A model generated the notes under the pieces. The model saw nothing but the letters and a program-made list of their open reading frames with translations, did no database searches and was not told where the DNA came from. Shown piece by piece: positions 36,264-47,081 of a DNA stretch of 64,000 bases. The position numbers and the translations under genes were made by a program. Position 1 is the stretch's first letter. Every line of letters starts with the position of its first letter. This DNA comes from a virus (lineage: Duplodnaviria; Caudoviricetes), in the IMG/VR virus record IMGVR_UViG_3300010163_000016, positions 1-64,000 of that record. The stretch is one strand, 5' to 3'.

Positions 36264-36310
36264 AAAAAAGCCCGCGATCCATTGCAGCACAATGGATCGC
36301 GGGCTTTTTT
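36264..36310. terminator. Long perfect hairpin, bidirectional terminator
   Basis: AAAAAAGCCCGCGATCCATTG-CAGCA-CAATGGATCGCGGGCTTTTTT. Confidence 0.75.
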
Positions 36311-36553
36311 ATTTATTGGGCGAAGGGACGAAAAACCTTGTGGTTCTAACTTTTTCGGAGATTATCCCGGAAAAGGTTTGCCACGTTTAGGGAGAAAAAC
36401 GGGTAATGGCTTGATATATGCACGATAAGCATCCGGGAGATAGCCCGCCCTCAAATGTTTTTTGACCGCTGCCCCCTCATGGAGCGGCCGACGGGCTATC
36501 TCTTCCCTCTGAACTGTCCTCCCGTTTGATCCCAAATTTGAAGAAAAGGATGA

Positions 36554-36769
36554 ATGGAATTGATCAAAGTTTCCCGGCAGGAAGCCGATATGATCCGGAG
36601 CCAGCTCCCGGCTGCCCGGGTCGTTACTGTCAACAGAAGCAAGTCCTACAAAAAATACTGGGCTGAGGAGAGCCGCGGTGTACTGCGTCTGCTGGGCCGC
36701 GACCGCGGAGAAAGCGGGCGGCGGGATCGCGGACGGGGGCAGCAGCCCCGGAACAGGGGCGTGCGGTGA
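36554..36769 (+). CDS. Small basic protein
   Basis: GAAAAGGA RBS, 71 aa. Confidence 0.55.
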   Translation: MELIKVSRQEADMIRSQLPAARVVTVNRSKSYKKYWAEESRGVLRLLGRDRGESGRRDRGRGQQPRNRGVR

Positions 36770-37836
36770 TGGACATGCGTGTAAGCGCCGTATCCCCTGA
36801 GCTGCTCTTTCCAGCTCCCGGGGAGGCCTACTATGACTATTTTGTCCGCCTGGCGACAAACAAAACAGCCTACGGCCTTGATTGGTCCGCTATTGCCAAG
36901 CTGCTGAACCGGGAAAACGGCAACGACTTCGGCGAGTGTACCTACCGCAAATTCTTCAACGCCTTCCAGGCCGGTATGGAGTACGCCGCCCAGCGGACCG
37001 GAGGCGCCCCCTCCCCTGCGCCCGCCGCGGCAGACCGCATTCTCTGTCTCAGTGACTTTCACTACCCTTTCCAGCTTCCTGTTGAGACCTTTTCCAGATT
37101 CCGGGGCATTGACACCCTGATCCTCAACGGGGACCTGGCGGACATGCAGGCCATCAGCCGTTTTCCGAAGGAATACCGCATCAGCCCCATGGACGAGATG
37201 ATCGGCGCCCGGGCCTACCTCATTGACCTCATCGACTACATGCATCCAAAGCGTGTCATCATCAACAAAGGCAACCATGAGGTCCGCTTTGGCTCCTATC
37301 TGGCGAAGTGCATGGACACGGAGCTGAAGGAACTGATGCCGGAGACGGCCCTGGACCTGATCGTGAACGACGGCTTCCACCACTACGACAAGATGAAGCG
37401 GACAAAGGTGTGGTACGAGCCGATCAAAACGGCTTTTGATGGGGTTACGATCACATACACAGGGGATTGGTGGTGCAAATACGGTAAGACGGTCTTTGCC
37501 CATCCCCTCGCCTACTCCTCCGGTATGCTGAAAACCGCCGAAAAGGCGGCCAACTACTTTTATCGGGTCACATCTGATTTTGACGCCATTGTACTGGCCC
37601 ACACCCACAAGCTGGGCATGTATGCCCAGGGCGGCGTGACCCTCTATGAGCAGGGCACATGCAGCCGCGTAGAGGCGCTGCGCTATGCGGACGGGCAGCT
37701 GACGAACCCCCAGCAGCAGGGGTTCTTATATCTTTGCCAGGATCGTGACGGGCATTTGCTGTTTGAGCAATCCAGGCTGATCTCTATTGATTCCCCAAAT
37801 GATAGGAAAGAGGTGGCGCCCCTTGACCAGAAATGA
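36766..37836 (+). CDS. Calcineurin-like metallophosphoesterase
   Basis: SDFH, NGD, GNHE, AHTH motifs. Confidence 0.85.
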   Translation: MMDMRVSAVSPELLFPAPGEAYYDYFVRLATNKTAYGLDWSAIAKLLNRENGNDFGECTYRKFFNAFQAGMEYAAQRTGGAPSPAPAAADRILCLSDFHYPFQLPVETFSRFRGIDTLILNGDLADMQAISRFPKEYRISPMDEMIGARAYLIDLIDYMHPKRVIINKGNHEVRFGSYLAKCMDTELKELMPETALDLIVNDGFHHYDKMKRTKVWYEPIKTAFDGVTITYTGDWWCKYGKTVFAHPLAYSSGMLKTAEKAANYFYRVTSDFDAIVLAHTHKLGMYAQGGVTLYEQGTCSRVEALRYADGQLTNPQQQGFLYLCQDRDGHLLFEQSRLISIDSPNDRKEVAPLDQK

Positions 37837-38155
37837 ATTTATCCGTATGGTTTCCAAGAAATATGGATACAGCCAAGATGTTGTCCGGGGATGGGTCGTG
37901 GCGATCACCGAAAGTATGGGGGAGGTTCTTGCCGCCGGCGACGATTTAAAGCTTCCTGGTTTTGGCACCTTTGAGCAGCGCATCTCCGCTCCAAAGGTTG
38001 GCCGGAATAAATACACCGGAGAGCCGGTGGATATCCCGGCAAGACACAAGGTCACCTTTGTGATGAGTACCGGGATCAAAGAGATGCTCCATGAGATCCC
38101 TGTAGAAAATGGCGCCCTCCCCTCTACAGATTGCAGTGGTGGGCAGAGGCAGTAG
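37823..38155 (+). CDS. HU/IHF-like DNA-binding protein
   Basis: LPGFGTFE...GRNKYTGEPVDIPARHKVTF; TTG start after GAGGT. Confidence 0.85.
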   Translation: MTRNEFIRMVSKKYGYSQDVVRGWVVAITESMGEVLAAGDDLKLPGFGTFEQRISAPKVGRNKYTGEPVDIPARHKVTFVMSTGIKEMLHEIPVENGALPSTDCSGGQRQ

Positions 38156-38254
38156 CACATATTAGACAACAACCGAGCAGCCGGCCAGACACCCTTGGGT
38201 TTTCCTCCTTTCCCCTGGGTCCTGGCCGGCTGCTGATTGATTAAGGAGACAAAT

Positions 38255-39277
38255 ATGGGACGGAAAACAAAGCAGAACAAGCTGACGTCCCCCGAGTTGC
38301 TTGCCCAGGTCAATCCTGATAATCGGGACCTCCTGGATGATTTTCTGACCTATTTAAAGTCCACGCAGCACAGCCCGGGGACGATCAGCGGCTATAAGAA
38401 TGATCTGGAGATTTTCTTTGTGTGGTGCCTTCAGAATTGCAGGAATAAACACTTCACGGAGATCACCAAACGGGAAATCATCTCCTATCAGAATTGGCTG
38501 CTGACGGAAAACGAGAACTCCCCCGCGCGCGTAAGGCGCATGAAGAGCGCGCTCTCCAGCCTCAGCAGCTACGTTGAGGATGTCCTGGACGATGAGTTCA
38601 AGGGATACAAGCCGGTTGTCAAAAAAATTAAGAATCCTCCGATCCGGCCGGTTCGGGAGAAGACCGTATGGCAAGATGCTGAACTGGAAGAGCTGCTGGA
38701 GAAATTGGGTGAGGCCGGCGAGCATGAGAAAGCCTGCGTGGTCGCCCTCGCCATGTACAGCGGCCGGCGCAAGGCAGAACTCTGCCGGTTCCGTGTCTCT
38801 GATTTTGATGAGACCAACTTGGTTTGCGACGGCGCCCTGTACAAGAGTGCTCCCATCAGGACCAAGGGCCGTGCAGGCGGAAAGTATATCCCTTGCTACA
38901 CATTGGCAAAAAAATTCAAGCCCTATCTGGACGCCTGGCTGAAACAGCGGGAGGGGCTGGGCATTGAGAGCGAGTGGCTGTTTCCTGACAAGAACGACCG
39001 GACACAGCAGATCCGTTTGTCCACGCTGAACAGCTGGGCGGAGATATTCAGCCGTATAACGGGCAGGCCGTTTTATTTACATAGTCTGAGGCATTTGTGG
39101 ACTTCCAACATGGTGCGCGCCGGCATCCCGGACAGTGTCATTGCCCAGATCATCGGCTGGGACTCTATCGACATGTGCCGGGTCTATACCGACATTGATA
39201 CCGATGAACAAGTCTCCATGTATTTTGAAAACGGCGACATCAAGCAGAGTGTAAAGAGAGATATCTCGGACCTATGA
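38255..39277 (+). CDS. Tyrosine recombinase / integrase family protein
   Basis: YSGRRKAEL, HSLRH, IIGW...RVY catalytic set. Confidence 0.85.
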   Translation: MGRKTKQNKLTSPELLAQVNPDNRDLLDDFLTYLKSTQHSPGTISGYKNDLEIFFVWCLQNCRNKHFTEITKREIISYQNWLLTENENSPARVRRMKSALSSLSSYVEDVLDDEFKGYKPVVKKIKNPPIRPVREKTVWQDAELEELLEKLGEAGEHEKACVVALAMYSGRRKAELCRFRVSDFDETNLVCDGALYKSAPIRTKGRAGGKYIPCYTLAKKFKPYLDAWLKQREGLGIESEWLFPDKNDRTQQIRLSTLNSWAEIFSRITGRPFYLHSLRHLWTSNMVRAGIPDSVIAQIIGWDSIDMCRVYTDIDTDEQVSMYFENGDIKQSVKRDISDL

Positions 39278-39287
39278 GGAGAAATAG

Positions 39288-40463
39288 ATGCCAAGAGGAA
39301 GGCCGAAAGGCACGGCGGTGAAAGCGCCGGCGCCAAAAAAGCCCGCAGCGCCAGGACTGATCCAAAAGGCAGATCCGCCGGGCACCGTCTATCGGTGTAC
39401 CTGCTGCGGCAATCCATATGATACACAGCGAAACAACTTTCCAGTCAGCTACTCCCAACTTTTTGCCGGCTGGGGCGGTTATTTCCCCGTCTGCAAGAAG
39501 TGTATGAAACAGTATTATGAGTGGCTTCTGGAGGATACCTTCCAGGGAGACGAGGCGTCCGCCATGCGGCGGGTTGCCCAGCTCTGCGACTGGTACTTCA
39601 GCGGCGACTTGCTCTCCCAGGCAATGAGCGTGGCGGCGGACGCCCCTTACAGCCTGGTTAACGCCTACACGATGCGAATGGGCATCCCTTATGTGAGAAA
39701 GCGCGGCGTGTCCTATGTCGATACCATCCTGCAGGAGCGTGCCGCTGAGCAGCATGCCGCTGAGGAGGACGCTGCACAGACTGCACATGCGGTTGAGCAG
39801 GCCGTTGCCGCCAAGGAAAAAGAGCTGACAGAGCAGTATGAGGCGTTGATCGACGAGATCAAGCGCAACGGACGCATGGGGCTGGTCGGCGACGCGCCGG
39901 AGGTCACCATGGAGGATATCGACCCCGAAACTGTGCGGTTCTTTGGCGGTGGCTTTACGCCGGAGGAATATTTCTATCTGGAGGACCAGTATAACGACTG
40001 GATGAAGGGCTATCCATGCGACTCCAAGGCCCAGGAGGAGATCTTCAAGAATATCAGCCTGGCGCAGCTGAACGTCTTGAGAGCGCAGCACTCGCCGGAC
40101 GGTGATACGACTAAGGCCATTAAGGCGTTTAACGACCAGCTGACCATGGCGAATATTGCGCCCAATCAGCAGAAAAACGTGCTGAATGACTCGGACACCT
40201 TCGGCACTCTCATTGAACGATGGGAAAACGAAAAGCCGATCCCGAAGCCAGACCCGGAGTGGGAGGATGTGGACGGCATCAAGAAGTACATCTCCACCTG
40301 GTTCTTCGGCCATCTGTGCAAGATGTTCAAGGTCAAAAACGACTGGGCCTCCCAATACGAGGACGAGATCGCCCCATACACTGCCCATCCGGTGGAGTAC
40401 GAGGGCGATTTTGATATTTCTGAGGGGGGCTCTGACGGCGGCGGTGATGGCGATGCTCCGTAG
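39288..40463 (+). CDS. Zn-finger protein preceding the terminase, probable small subunit
   Basis: CTCC and CKKC; position directly before TerL as in SPbeta-like phages. Confidence 0.5.
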   Translation: MPRGRPKGTAVKAPAPKKPAAPGLIQKADPPGTVYRCTCCGNPYDTQRNNFPVSYSQLFAGWGGYFPVCKKCMKQYYEWLLEDTFQGDEASAMRRVAQLCDWYFSGDLLSQAMSVAADAPYSLVNAYTMRMGIPYVRKRGVSYVDTILQERAAEQHAAEEDAAQTAHAVEQAVAAKEKELTEQYEALIDEIKRNGRMGLVGDAPEVTMEDIDPETVRFFGGGFTPEEYFYLEDQYNDWMKGYPCDSKAQEEIFKNISLAQLNVLRAQHSPDGDTTKAIKAFNDQLTMANIAPNQQKNVLNDSDTFGTLIERWENEKPIPKPDPEWEDVDGIKKYISTWFFGHLCKMFKVKNDWASQYEDEIAPYTAHPVEYEGDFDISEGGSDGGGDGDAP

Positions 40464-42228
40464 ATGCAGGTCCATGACCAGCGCCGAACTGCAGGAGCAG
40501 AGTGAAAAACTGCTGATGGACACAGTGGCGGAGCGGGCCAGCTTTTACCGGGCCAACCCCCACCGGTTCGCCAAGGAGTATCTGGGGCTCAATCTGCACA
40601 TTTTCCAGCAGATTTTGCTCTGCATGATGAATATGTCTACGAACGCTATGATACTTGCCAGCAGAGGTATTGGCAAGTCCTTCATTGTAGCTATCTTCTG
40701 CTGTATCCGGTGCATCTTGTACCCCGGCTCCAAGGTCGTGGTGACCGCAAAGACCAGAGGTCAGGCCTACGAGATCATCGACAAGATCGACAAGGAGCTG
40801 ATGCCACGCTCCGCCATGCTGCGCAGTGAGATCAATATCAAGAAGTCGAGCTTCACTGTGGCCGGCGGGACTGTCGCCTTCTGGAACAGCTCCTATATCC
40901 AGGTGGTCACAGCCAACGACAACGCCCGGCACTTCCGGGCAAACGTCCTGTGCTGTGATGAGTTCAGAATGATCGACCTGGACACCATCAATACCGTGCT
41001 CCGCAATTTCCTGGTGGGCGCCCGCTCCCCGGGTTATCTGAACAAACCGGAGTATAAGCACCTGGCCGAGCGCAACATTGAGCTGTACACCTCCTCCTGC
41101 TGGTACAGCTCCCACTGGAGTTATCAACTGGCAGAGGACTATATGGGGTATATGGCGGACTCCCGCAAGAAGTACTTCATCTGCGGTCTCCCCTATCAGC
41201 TGGCCGTCAAGGAGGGCATCCAAAGCCTGGAGGCCGTGGAGGACAAGATGTCGGAATCGACGTTCAACGCTGTGAAATTCCAGATGGAGTCTGAGGCCAT
41301 TTGGTATTCCGACACCGATGGCGGTCTATACAGCTATTCGGATATCGCCCGCAATTGCAAGATCGACTACCCCATGCTTCCCAGCCGCCTGACGGATCTT
41401 CTCGGCGACAACCGGCTGCTCATCAAGCCGAAGGTGCGGGGCGAGATCCGCATCCTGTCTGCAGACCTGGCGCTGATGGGCTCTACCGGAGGCAAGCGGG
41501 GCAACAACGACGCCACCTCCATTTTCATCAACCAGATGCTGCCCACCAAGAGCGGACGGTATCTGAACAACATCATCTATACGGAAAACTTCGAAGGTGT
41601 TCACACCGAGGATCAGGCCCTCATCATCCGCAAGATGTTTGAGGAGTACGACTGTGACTATCTGCCGATAGATAGTAAGGGTGTAGGTTTCGGTATTCTC
41701 GATCTGCTCCTCCGCGAACAGACCGACTATGCCACAGGCCAGATCTATCCTGCCCTGAGCTGCTGCAATGACGATGACATTGCAGCCAGGTGCAGCGACA
41801 GCAGGGCTAAGAAGTGCATTTGGGCCATCAAAGGCACCGCCCGGTTCAACTCCGAGGCGGCTCTCGGTCTTCGGGAGGCCTTCCGCCAGGGGACCATCCG
41901 CCTGCTCCGCTCTGAATATGACTGTGATGACCTGCTGAGTGACATCAAGGGATGGAGCAAACTGGACACCAGCACGCAGATGAGCATCAAAATGGCCTAC
42001 GTCAACACGGCGCTCCTGGTCAATGAGCTGATTAACCTGGACTACGAGGCCAAGGACACCCGCATCAAGGTCCGTGAGAAGGCCGGTATGCGAAAAGACC
42101 GATACAGCTCTCTCTCCTACAATCTGGCGGTGTCCAGAGAGCTGGAGCGCCAGCTGGCCCGCCCAAAGACAAGGCGCAGCATCAATATCGTACAATTCAA
42201 GCAGCCCAGCTTCAAAACATTTTCCTGA
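40453..42228 (+). CDS. terL: Terminase large subunit
   Basis: ASRGIGKS, CCDEFR, SADLA, DSKGVG, KDRYSSL. Confidence 0.9.
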   Translation: MLRRCRSMTSAELQEQSEKLLMDTVAERASFYRANPHRFAKEYLGLNLHIFQQILLCMMNMSTNAMILASRGIGKSFIVAIFCCIRCILYPGSKVVVTAKTRGQAYEIIDKIDKELMPRSAMLRSEINIKKSSFTVAGGTVAFWNSSYIQVVTANDNARHFRANVLCCDEFRMIDLDTINTVLRNFLVGARSPGYLNKPEYKHLAERNIELYTSSCWYSSHWSYQLAEDYMGYMADSRKKYFICGLPYQLAVKEGIQSLEAVEDKMSESTFNAVKFQMESEAIWYSDTDGGLYSYSDIARNCKIDYPMLPSRLTDLLGDNRLLIKPKVRGEIRILSADLALMGSTGGKRGNNDATSIFINQMLPTKSGRYLNNIIYTENFEGVHTEDQALIIRKMFEEYDCDYLPIDSKGVGFGILDLLLREQTDYATGQIYPALSCCNDDDIAARCSDSRAKKCIWAIKGTARFNSEAALGLREAFRQGTIRLLRSEYDCDDLLSDIKGWSKLDTSTQMSIKMAYVNTALLVNELINLDYEAKDTRIKVREKAGMRKDRYSSLSYNLAVSRELERQLARPKTRRSINIVQFKQPSFKTFS

Positions 42229-42248
42229 TAAAGTGAGGTGAGGAAAGA

Positions 42249-43757
42249 TTGATACAACACGCGAAGCGCAGGCCTCGGACGCTCCCCGCCAAAAAATCCG
42301 GCGCGGACGCCCAGAGAGAGGCGTTCGAGCGCGTTCTGCGGTTTGCCAAGCTGGCCCGCAATCAGCTGTGGAAGGTTGAGGATCAGTCCACCAAGGTCAA
42401 CCCGCGATATACGCGATACACCAAAGAGAACCTGCTCTCCTACATGCAGTCCCCCGCCGCCAACGAAAAGAATATTCGAAATGCCAGCATCTATATGTAC
42501 GACGCTTCGACGCAGTACAAGCGCCTCATCCTGTACTATGCTTTTCTGCTGGATTTTGTATACACCATCGCTCCCCTGAATTACGACCCCGCCAAGTCGG
42601 ACCCGGAGGCGTTCCGCAAGGCATACTGCAAGGTTGTTTTCCAGCTGGAGAACATGAATCTGCCCCATGAGATGCAGAAGGCATTTCAGGTAGCTCTACG
42701 GGACGGCATCCTGTACGGCGCCATTTGGAAGACGAACAGCTCCTTCTACATCCAGAGGATTAATCCCGACTACTGCGTGCTTACGGCCGTCAATGACGGG
42801 ACCTGGGCTTACGCGGTGGATATGAGCCAGATCAAAGAAGAAGCTCTTGATCTCTACCCACCCGATTTCACCGACATGTACCAGGCGTACAAGGCAGGCG
42901 GGAACAAGTACCAAGAGGTCCCGGAATCCATCGCCTTCTGCCTGAAGGCGGACGAGGCCAACGCGGCCTACAGCCTGCCCCCGTGGGCATCCACCCTCCC
43001 TATGCTCTACGATATCGAGACCTACAAGGCGCTGCAGCAGACGGCGACGGAGATCGCCAACTATAAGCTGCTGGCTATGAAGATCGACACGAACGAGGAT
43101 GGGACGCCCGCACTGGACTGGGATCTGGCGACACAGTATTACCGCCAGCTCTGTGCAGCCCTTCCGCCCTATGTTGGGGCGGCCATCAGCCCCATGAAGA
43201 TCGACTCCTTTGAATTTGACCGGGCGAACGGAACAAATGATGTGGATACTGTCAGCCGGGCGGAGGAGCAGTTCTGGTTCAATTCCGGAACCTCCCCCCT
43301 TCTTCACGGCAGTACCGGAAACAATACCGCCGGCGTTCTAAAGCTGTCCATCAAATCTGATGAGGAGCTGATGCTGGGGCTTATGACACAGGCTGAGCGG
43401 ATCATCAACCGTTTGCTGAAAACTGCCTCTGGAAAACAGAAGTTCAAGATCCATTTTCTGCCGGTCACGCGCTTTAACCGCGAGGAGCAGGCCAAGCTGT
43501 ATAAGGAGGCGGCCACCCTGGGTATCCCGGGCGCAAAATCCGCCTATGCCGCCACGGTGGGTACGCCCCAGAGCGATCTCCCCGGCATGGAATATATCGA
43601 GATGGATCTGCTGGGAATGGGCGGACTGACCCCCCTGCAGAGCGGATATACCGTTTCCTCCGGAGAAAACAGCGGGCGGAAGCCGGCAGCGGACGGAGAA
43701 CTGACCGACGAAGGCGAGCTGAGCCGCGAAAAGGACAGCAATGCCAACGCCGCATAG
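42249..43757 (+). CDS. Portal protein
   Basis: 502 aa after TerL; SPbeta-like gene order. Confidence 0.75.
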   Translation: MIQHAKRRPRTLPAKKSGADAQREAFERVLRFAKLARNQLWKVEDQSTKVNPRYTRYTKENLLSYMQSPAANEKNIRNASIYMYDASTQYKRLILYYAFLLDFVYTIAPLNYDPAKSDPEAFRKAYCKVVFQLENMNLPHEMQKAFQVALRDGILYGAIWKTNSSFYIQRINPDYCVLTAVNDGTWAYAVDMSQIKEEALDLYPPDFTDMYQAYKAGGNKYQEVPESIAFCLKADEANAAYSLPPWASTLPMLYDIETYKALQQTATEIANYKLLAMKIDTNEDGTPALDWDLATQYYRQLCAALPPYVGAAISPMKIDSFEFDRANGTNDVDTVSRAEEQFWFNSGTSPLLHGSTGNNTAGVLKLSIKSDEELMLGLMTQAERIINRLLKTASGKQKFKIHFLPVTRFNREEQAKLYKEAATLGIPGAKSAYAATVGTPQSDLPGMEYIEMDLLGMGGLTPLQSGYTVSSGENSGRKPAADGELTDEGELSREKDSNANAA

Positions 43758-43767
43758 GTAAAATAAC

Positions 43768-43974
43768 ATGCAGAAATATGTCTATATGCGAAGCCCGCTG
43801 AAGGCAGCCCAGCTGCTGGAGCGAGGCTTTTCTTATGTCAGGAGCCCTATGGCGCGGGGAAATTGCTTCTATATCTTTGAGGCTGTCCCCGCTCTGCTGG
43901 CTGTGCTTGACGAGCAGTTCACCGTCAATGAGGACTATGTGCTGCGGGACGGCGCTGTGATGATAAACTTTTGA
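43768..43974 (+). CDS. Small hypothetical protein
   Basis: 68 aa between portal and protease. Confidence 0.5.
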   Translation: MQKYVYMRSPLKAAQLLERGFSYVRSPMARGNCFYIFEAVPALLAVLDEQFTVNEDYVLRDGAVMINF

Positions 43975-43991
43975 AGGGAGAAGCCTCTTCT

Positions 43992-45494
43992 ATGGATGAG
44001 CAAAAGAGATACGCTCAGATCACCTGCTGCAGCCGGATCGAGCCTGTCAAGCCTCTCAACGACGAGTTTACGCTGTGCAAGGTCTATGTGCAGGGCGTGG
44101 GCAAGAATCGCAATTACAGCTATATGAGCCGGGAGAACATTCTCCGGGCCGAGCCTACGCTTCATTATGTCCCCGTAGTCGGGCATCTGATGCCCAAGTA
44201 CGATGAGGACGGCAACGAAGTCGGCAAATATTTCGGCGGTCACGACTATGTTCTGGACGAGAACTGGAATGTAAAGGCGCTGACTGTGCCGTTTGGCGTT
44301 GTGACCAACGACCCCGTGGCGTTCGAGGAGGTGGAGGAATACGGGCAGAAGGTGCCCTATCTGACCGCCACCACGATTCTGTGGACAGGCCGCTATCCCG
44401 AGCTGAAGGAGGCCATTTACTCCAATGACTGCTGGTTCAACCAGAGCATGGAGATCTCCGTCAGCCAGTCCCGCCCCTACAGCGAGGACAGCAACTACAC
44501 GGAGCTGCTGGATTGGAATTACAGCGCCCTGTGTATCCTGGGGAAAAGCGACGAGCCCGAGTATCACGCCGAGCCCTGCTTTATCTCCTCCCGGTTCGTG
44601 CCGCTGACCTACAGCGAGAGCCGGGATCACTTCTATACCGATATGAGTGAGATGCGCGAGCATCTCGCTTTTATTTTATCACCCAGGAAAGGAGGAGAAA
44701 CACCGATGGATCTGGAAAACATGCAGGCCATTCTGTCTGAGTTTGGCCTGACTGCCGACATGGTCGATTTTACATGTGAGGGAATGGATGAGGATGCCCT
44801 GCGCCAGGCAGCCAAAGCGTTTGCCGAGGCGCACAAGGAGGACCATGGTTCCACCCCCGCCCCCGATTCCGGCTTCATGTGCGAGTTTGCCGTCACCTAT
44901 AACCAGCGCCGGGACGCCCTGAACAACGCTCTGGACGATGTGACTGTCCGGGACGGGATGGGCGAAGTCGTTTCTGCCACCCATTATTGGGTGCAGGATT
45001 TTGACGACAGTTACGTCTATGTGGTGCGGTATCGGTGGCAGAGAGACGGAGACAGCCATGAGGATCACGGCCGCTTTGCCTATACCTTCGACAGCGGCGA
45101 CCTCACCGCCTCCATCAGCGGCGAGTTTGAGGAGATGTTCCTGATGTGGCTTACCAATGATGAGAAACAGAAGCTGGAAACCTCCCGCAGCGTCTTTGAG
45201 GAGCTGCAGCGGTACAAGGACGAAAATGAGAAAGCCAAGCGCAAGGCCGCCGTGGACGAGCTGTTCGCCCAGTTCCAGGAGCTGGAGCAGGCGGATGGAT
45301 TTGAGGCTATGCGCCTTGCCGCCTATGAATCCGGCGAACTGGAGGACATTGAGACCAAGCTGTACGCCATGCGTGGCAAGCTGGCGAAAAACTTTGCCAG
45401 AACGCCCGCCAAGTCTACGGTCCGTGTAGGGATCGGCCGCGAGAGCGGGAACGAGCCTGACGAGACCTTTGGGGGCCTGCTGCGCAAGTGGTAA
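43992..45494 (+). CDS. Prohead protease/scaffold protein
   Basis: NRNYS, PVVGH, QSMEI, ALCILG...PCF; helical acidic C-terminus. Confidence 0.7.
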   Translation: MDEQKRYAQITCCSRIEPVKPLNDEFTLCKVYVQGVGKNRNYSYMSRENILRAEPTLHYVPVVGHLMPKYDEDGNEVGKYFGGHDYVLDENWNVKALTVPFGVVTNDPVAFEEVEEYGQKVPYLTATTILWTGRYPELKEAIYSNDCWFNQSMEISVSQSRPYSEDSNYTELLDWNYSALCILGKSDEPEYHAEPCFISSRFVPLTYSESRDHFYTDMSEMREHLAFILSPRKGGETPMDLENMQAILSEFGLTADMVDFTCEGMDEDALRQAAKAFAEAHKEDHGSTPAPDSGFMCEFAVTYNQRRDALNNALDDVTVRDGMGEVVSATHYWVQDFDDSYVYVVRYRWQRDGDSHEDHGRFAYTFDSGDLTASISGEFEEMFLMWLTNDEKQKLETSRSVFEELQRYKDENEKAKRKAAVDELFAQFQELEQADGFEAMRLAAYESGELEDIETKLYAMRGKLAKNFARTPAKSTVRVGIGRESGNEPDETFGGLLRKW

Positions 45495-45567
45495 GCGCCG
45501 CCTCCAAAAAATACCAACCAAGCCGGGCTTTTGCCCGGCGCTTACTTTGATAAGGAGATATACAAAT

Positions 45568-46050
45568 ATGCCTTATGCAATTTGCAGAACGGACCGCCTG
45601 ATGGGCACCCGCGCGGAGTCCATGCTGGTGTCCTGCCGCTATCAGAGCGGCGGCGCTGACGCTGAGATCGAAAACGGCAATGTTGTGGAGCTGAAGGGCC
45701 TGATGGCCGGCGAGCGGGAACTGTTTGTCGCCAATGCCCCTACCGCCGGTTCCAAGCTGACTGACTGTGTTCTCATCTGCACTCCCGAGGTGATGTACGA
45801 TGAGCGCAAGAAGGACCTGAACCAGTTTATCAATGAGACCGGCACCAACTGCCGCGGCTACCGCCTCCACTCCGGCGACGTATTCTCCGTCACCAAGGAG
45901 GCCCTTGAGGGCGAGGCCAAGGTGGGCAATGCCATCGAGCTGATGGCCGGCACCAAGTGGAAGTCCGTGGCCTCCGCCACCTCCGGTTCCACTCAGGTGG
46001 GCAGCATCATCGAGCTGGACGGCGAGTACATCGTCATCCTGGTGGCGTAA
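45568..46050 (+). CDS. Capsid decoration/stabilising protein
   Basis: 160 aa directly before the major capsid gene, IENGNVV motif. Confidence 0.55.
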   Translation: MPYAICRTDRLMGTRAESMLVSCRYQSGGADAEIENGNVVELKGLMAGERELFVANAPTAGSKLTDCVLICTPEVMYDERKKDLNQFINETGTNCRGYRLHSGDVFSVTKEALEGEAKVGNAIELMAGTKWKSVASATSGSTQVGSIIELDGEYIVILVA

Positions 46051-46068
46051 CAAGGGAGGTACATAGAA

Positions 46069-47070
46069 ATGACCAATCAGTCTGATTTCATTCGGATGGC
46101 CCTGGCCGCAATGCGCGGCGAGGTCTCCGGCAACTTTACCGCTTCCGATACCTCTGAGTCCATCCGGCAGGCCATGATCGAGGCCAACGGCGGTTCTGCC
46201 GTCATCAATCTGAAGACCTTCCACCGGGGCAACAAGCTGTACGACCTGGTGGAGGAGCTGATCCCCCACATTGCCGAGGAGGGCCTGCGGGGCGACGAGT
46301 TTTTCTTCAACATGGTGGATTACCGCAATCTGGCCGAGGGCGACGCACCCGACTTCTGGACCGAGGACAAGAGCGAGTTCATCGTGGCCGACGTGGCCAA
46401 CGGCACCCAGGGCATCCGCCGCCAGCGCCTCAACGCCGGCGAGAACGTGACTTTGAGGACGACTCCTCACGCCATCAAGGTGTATGAGGAGCTGCGCCGC
46501 CTGCTGGCCGGCCGCGTGGACTTCAACACCTTCGTGGACAAGGTGAGCAAGGCTATCACCCGGGAGATGCGCTCCGACATCTACGCCGCCTTCAACGGTA
46601 TCACCGCCGCTACTGCCGGCCTGAACGACACCTATGTGATCAGCGGCACCTTTGATGAGGACAAGCTGCTGGCCCTCATTGAGCATGTGGAGGCCAAGAC
46701 CGGCAAGGTCGCCAAGATCCTTGGCACCAAGGCCGCCCTGCGGAAAGTCACCACTGCCGTTGTCTCCAACGAGGCCAAGAGCGATCTCTATAACATTGGA
46801 TTTTACGGCAAGTTCAACGGTACGGATATGGTGGCCGTGCGGCAGGTTCACAAGGCCGGGACCGACACCTTCCTGCTGGACGACAACAAGATCTATGTGG
46901 TCGCCTCTGACGAGAAGCCTGTCAAGTTCGTCAATGAGGGCGACGCGCTGATCATCCAGAACGATCCCACCCAGAACGCTGATCTGACCCAGGAGTATCT
47001 GTGCATCCAGCAGTGGGGCGTGGGCGTGATGTTTGACAGTGTGATCGGCATCTACACCATCACCGGCTGA
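46069..47070 (+). CDS. Major capsid protein
   Basis: 333 aa, strong codon bias, followed by a terminator; position in the head module. Confidence 0.75.
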   Translation: MTNQSDFIRMALAAMRGEVSGNFTASDTSESIRQAMIEANGGSAVINLKTFHRGNKLYDLVEELIPHIAEEGLRGDEFFFNMVDYRNLAEGDAPDFWTEDKSEFIVADVANGTQGIRRQRLNAGENVTLRTTPHAIKVYEELRRLLAGRVDFNTFVDKVSKAITREMRSDIYAAFNGITAATAGLNDTYVISGTFDEDKLLALIEHVEAKTGKVAKILGTKAALRKVTTAVVSNEAKSDLYNIGFYGKFNGTDMVAVRQVHKAGTDTFLLDDNKIYVVASDEKPVKFVNEGDALIIQNDPTQNADLTQEYLCIQQWGVGVMFDSVIGIYTITG

Positions 47071-47081
47071 TAGAAAGGGAC

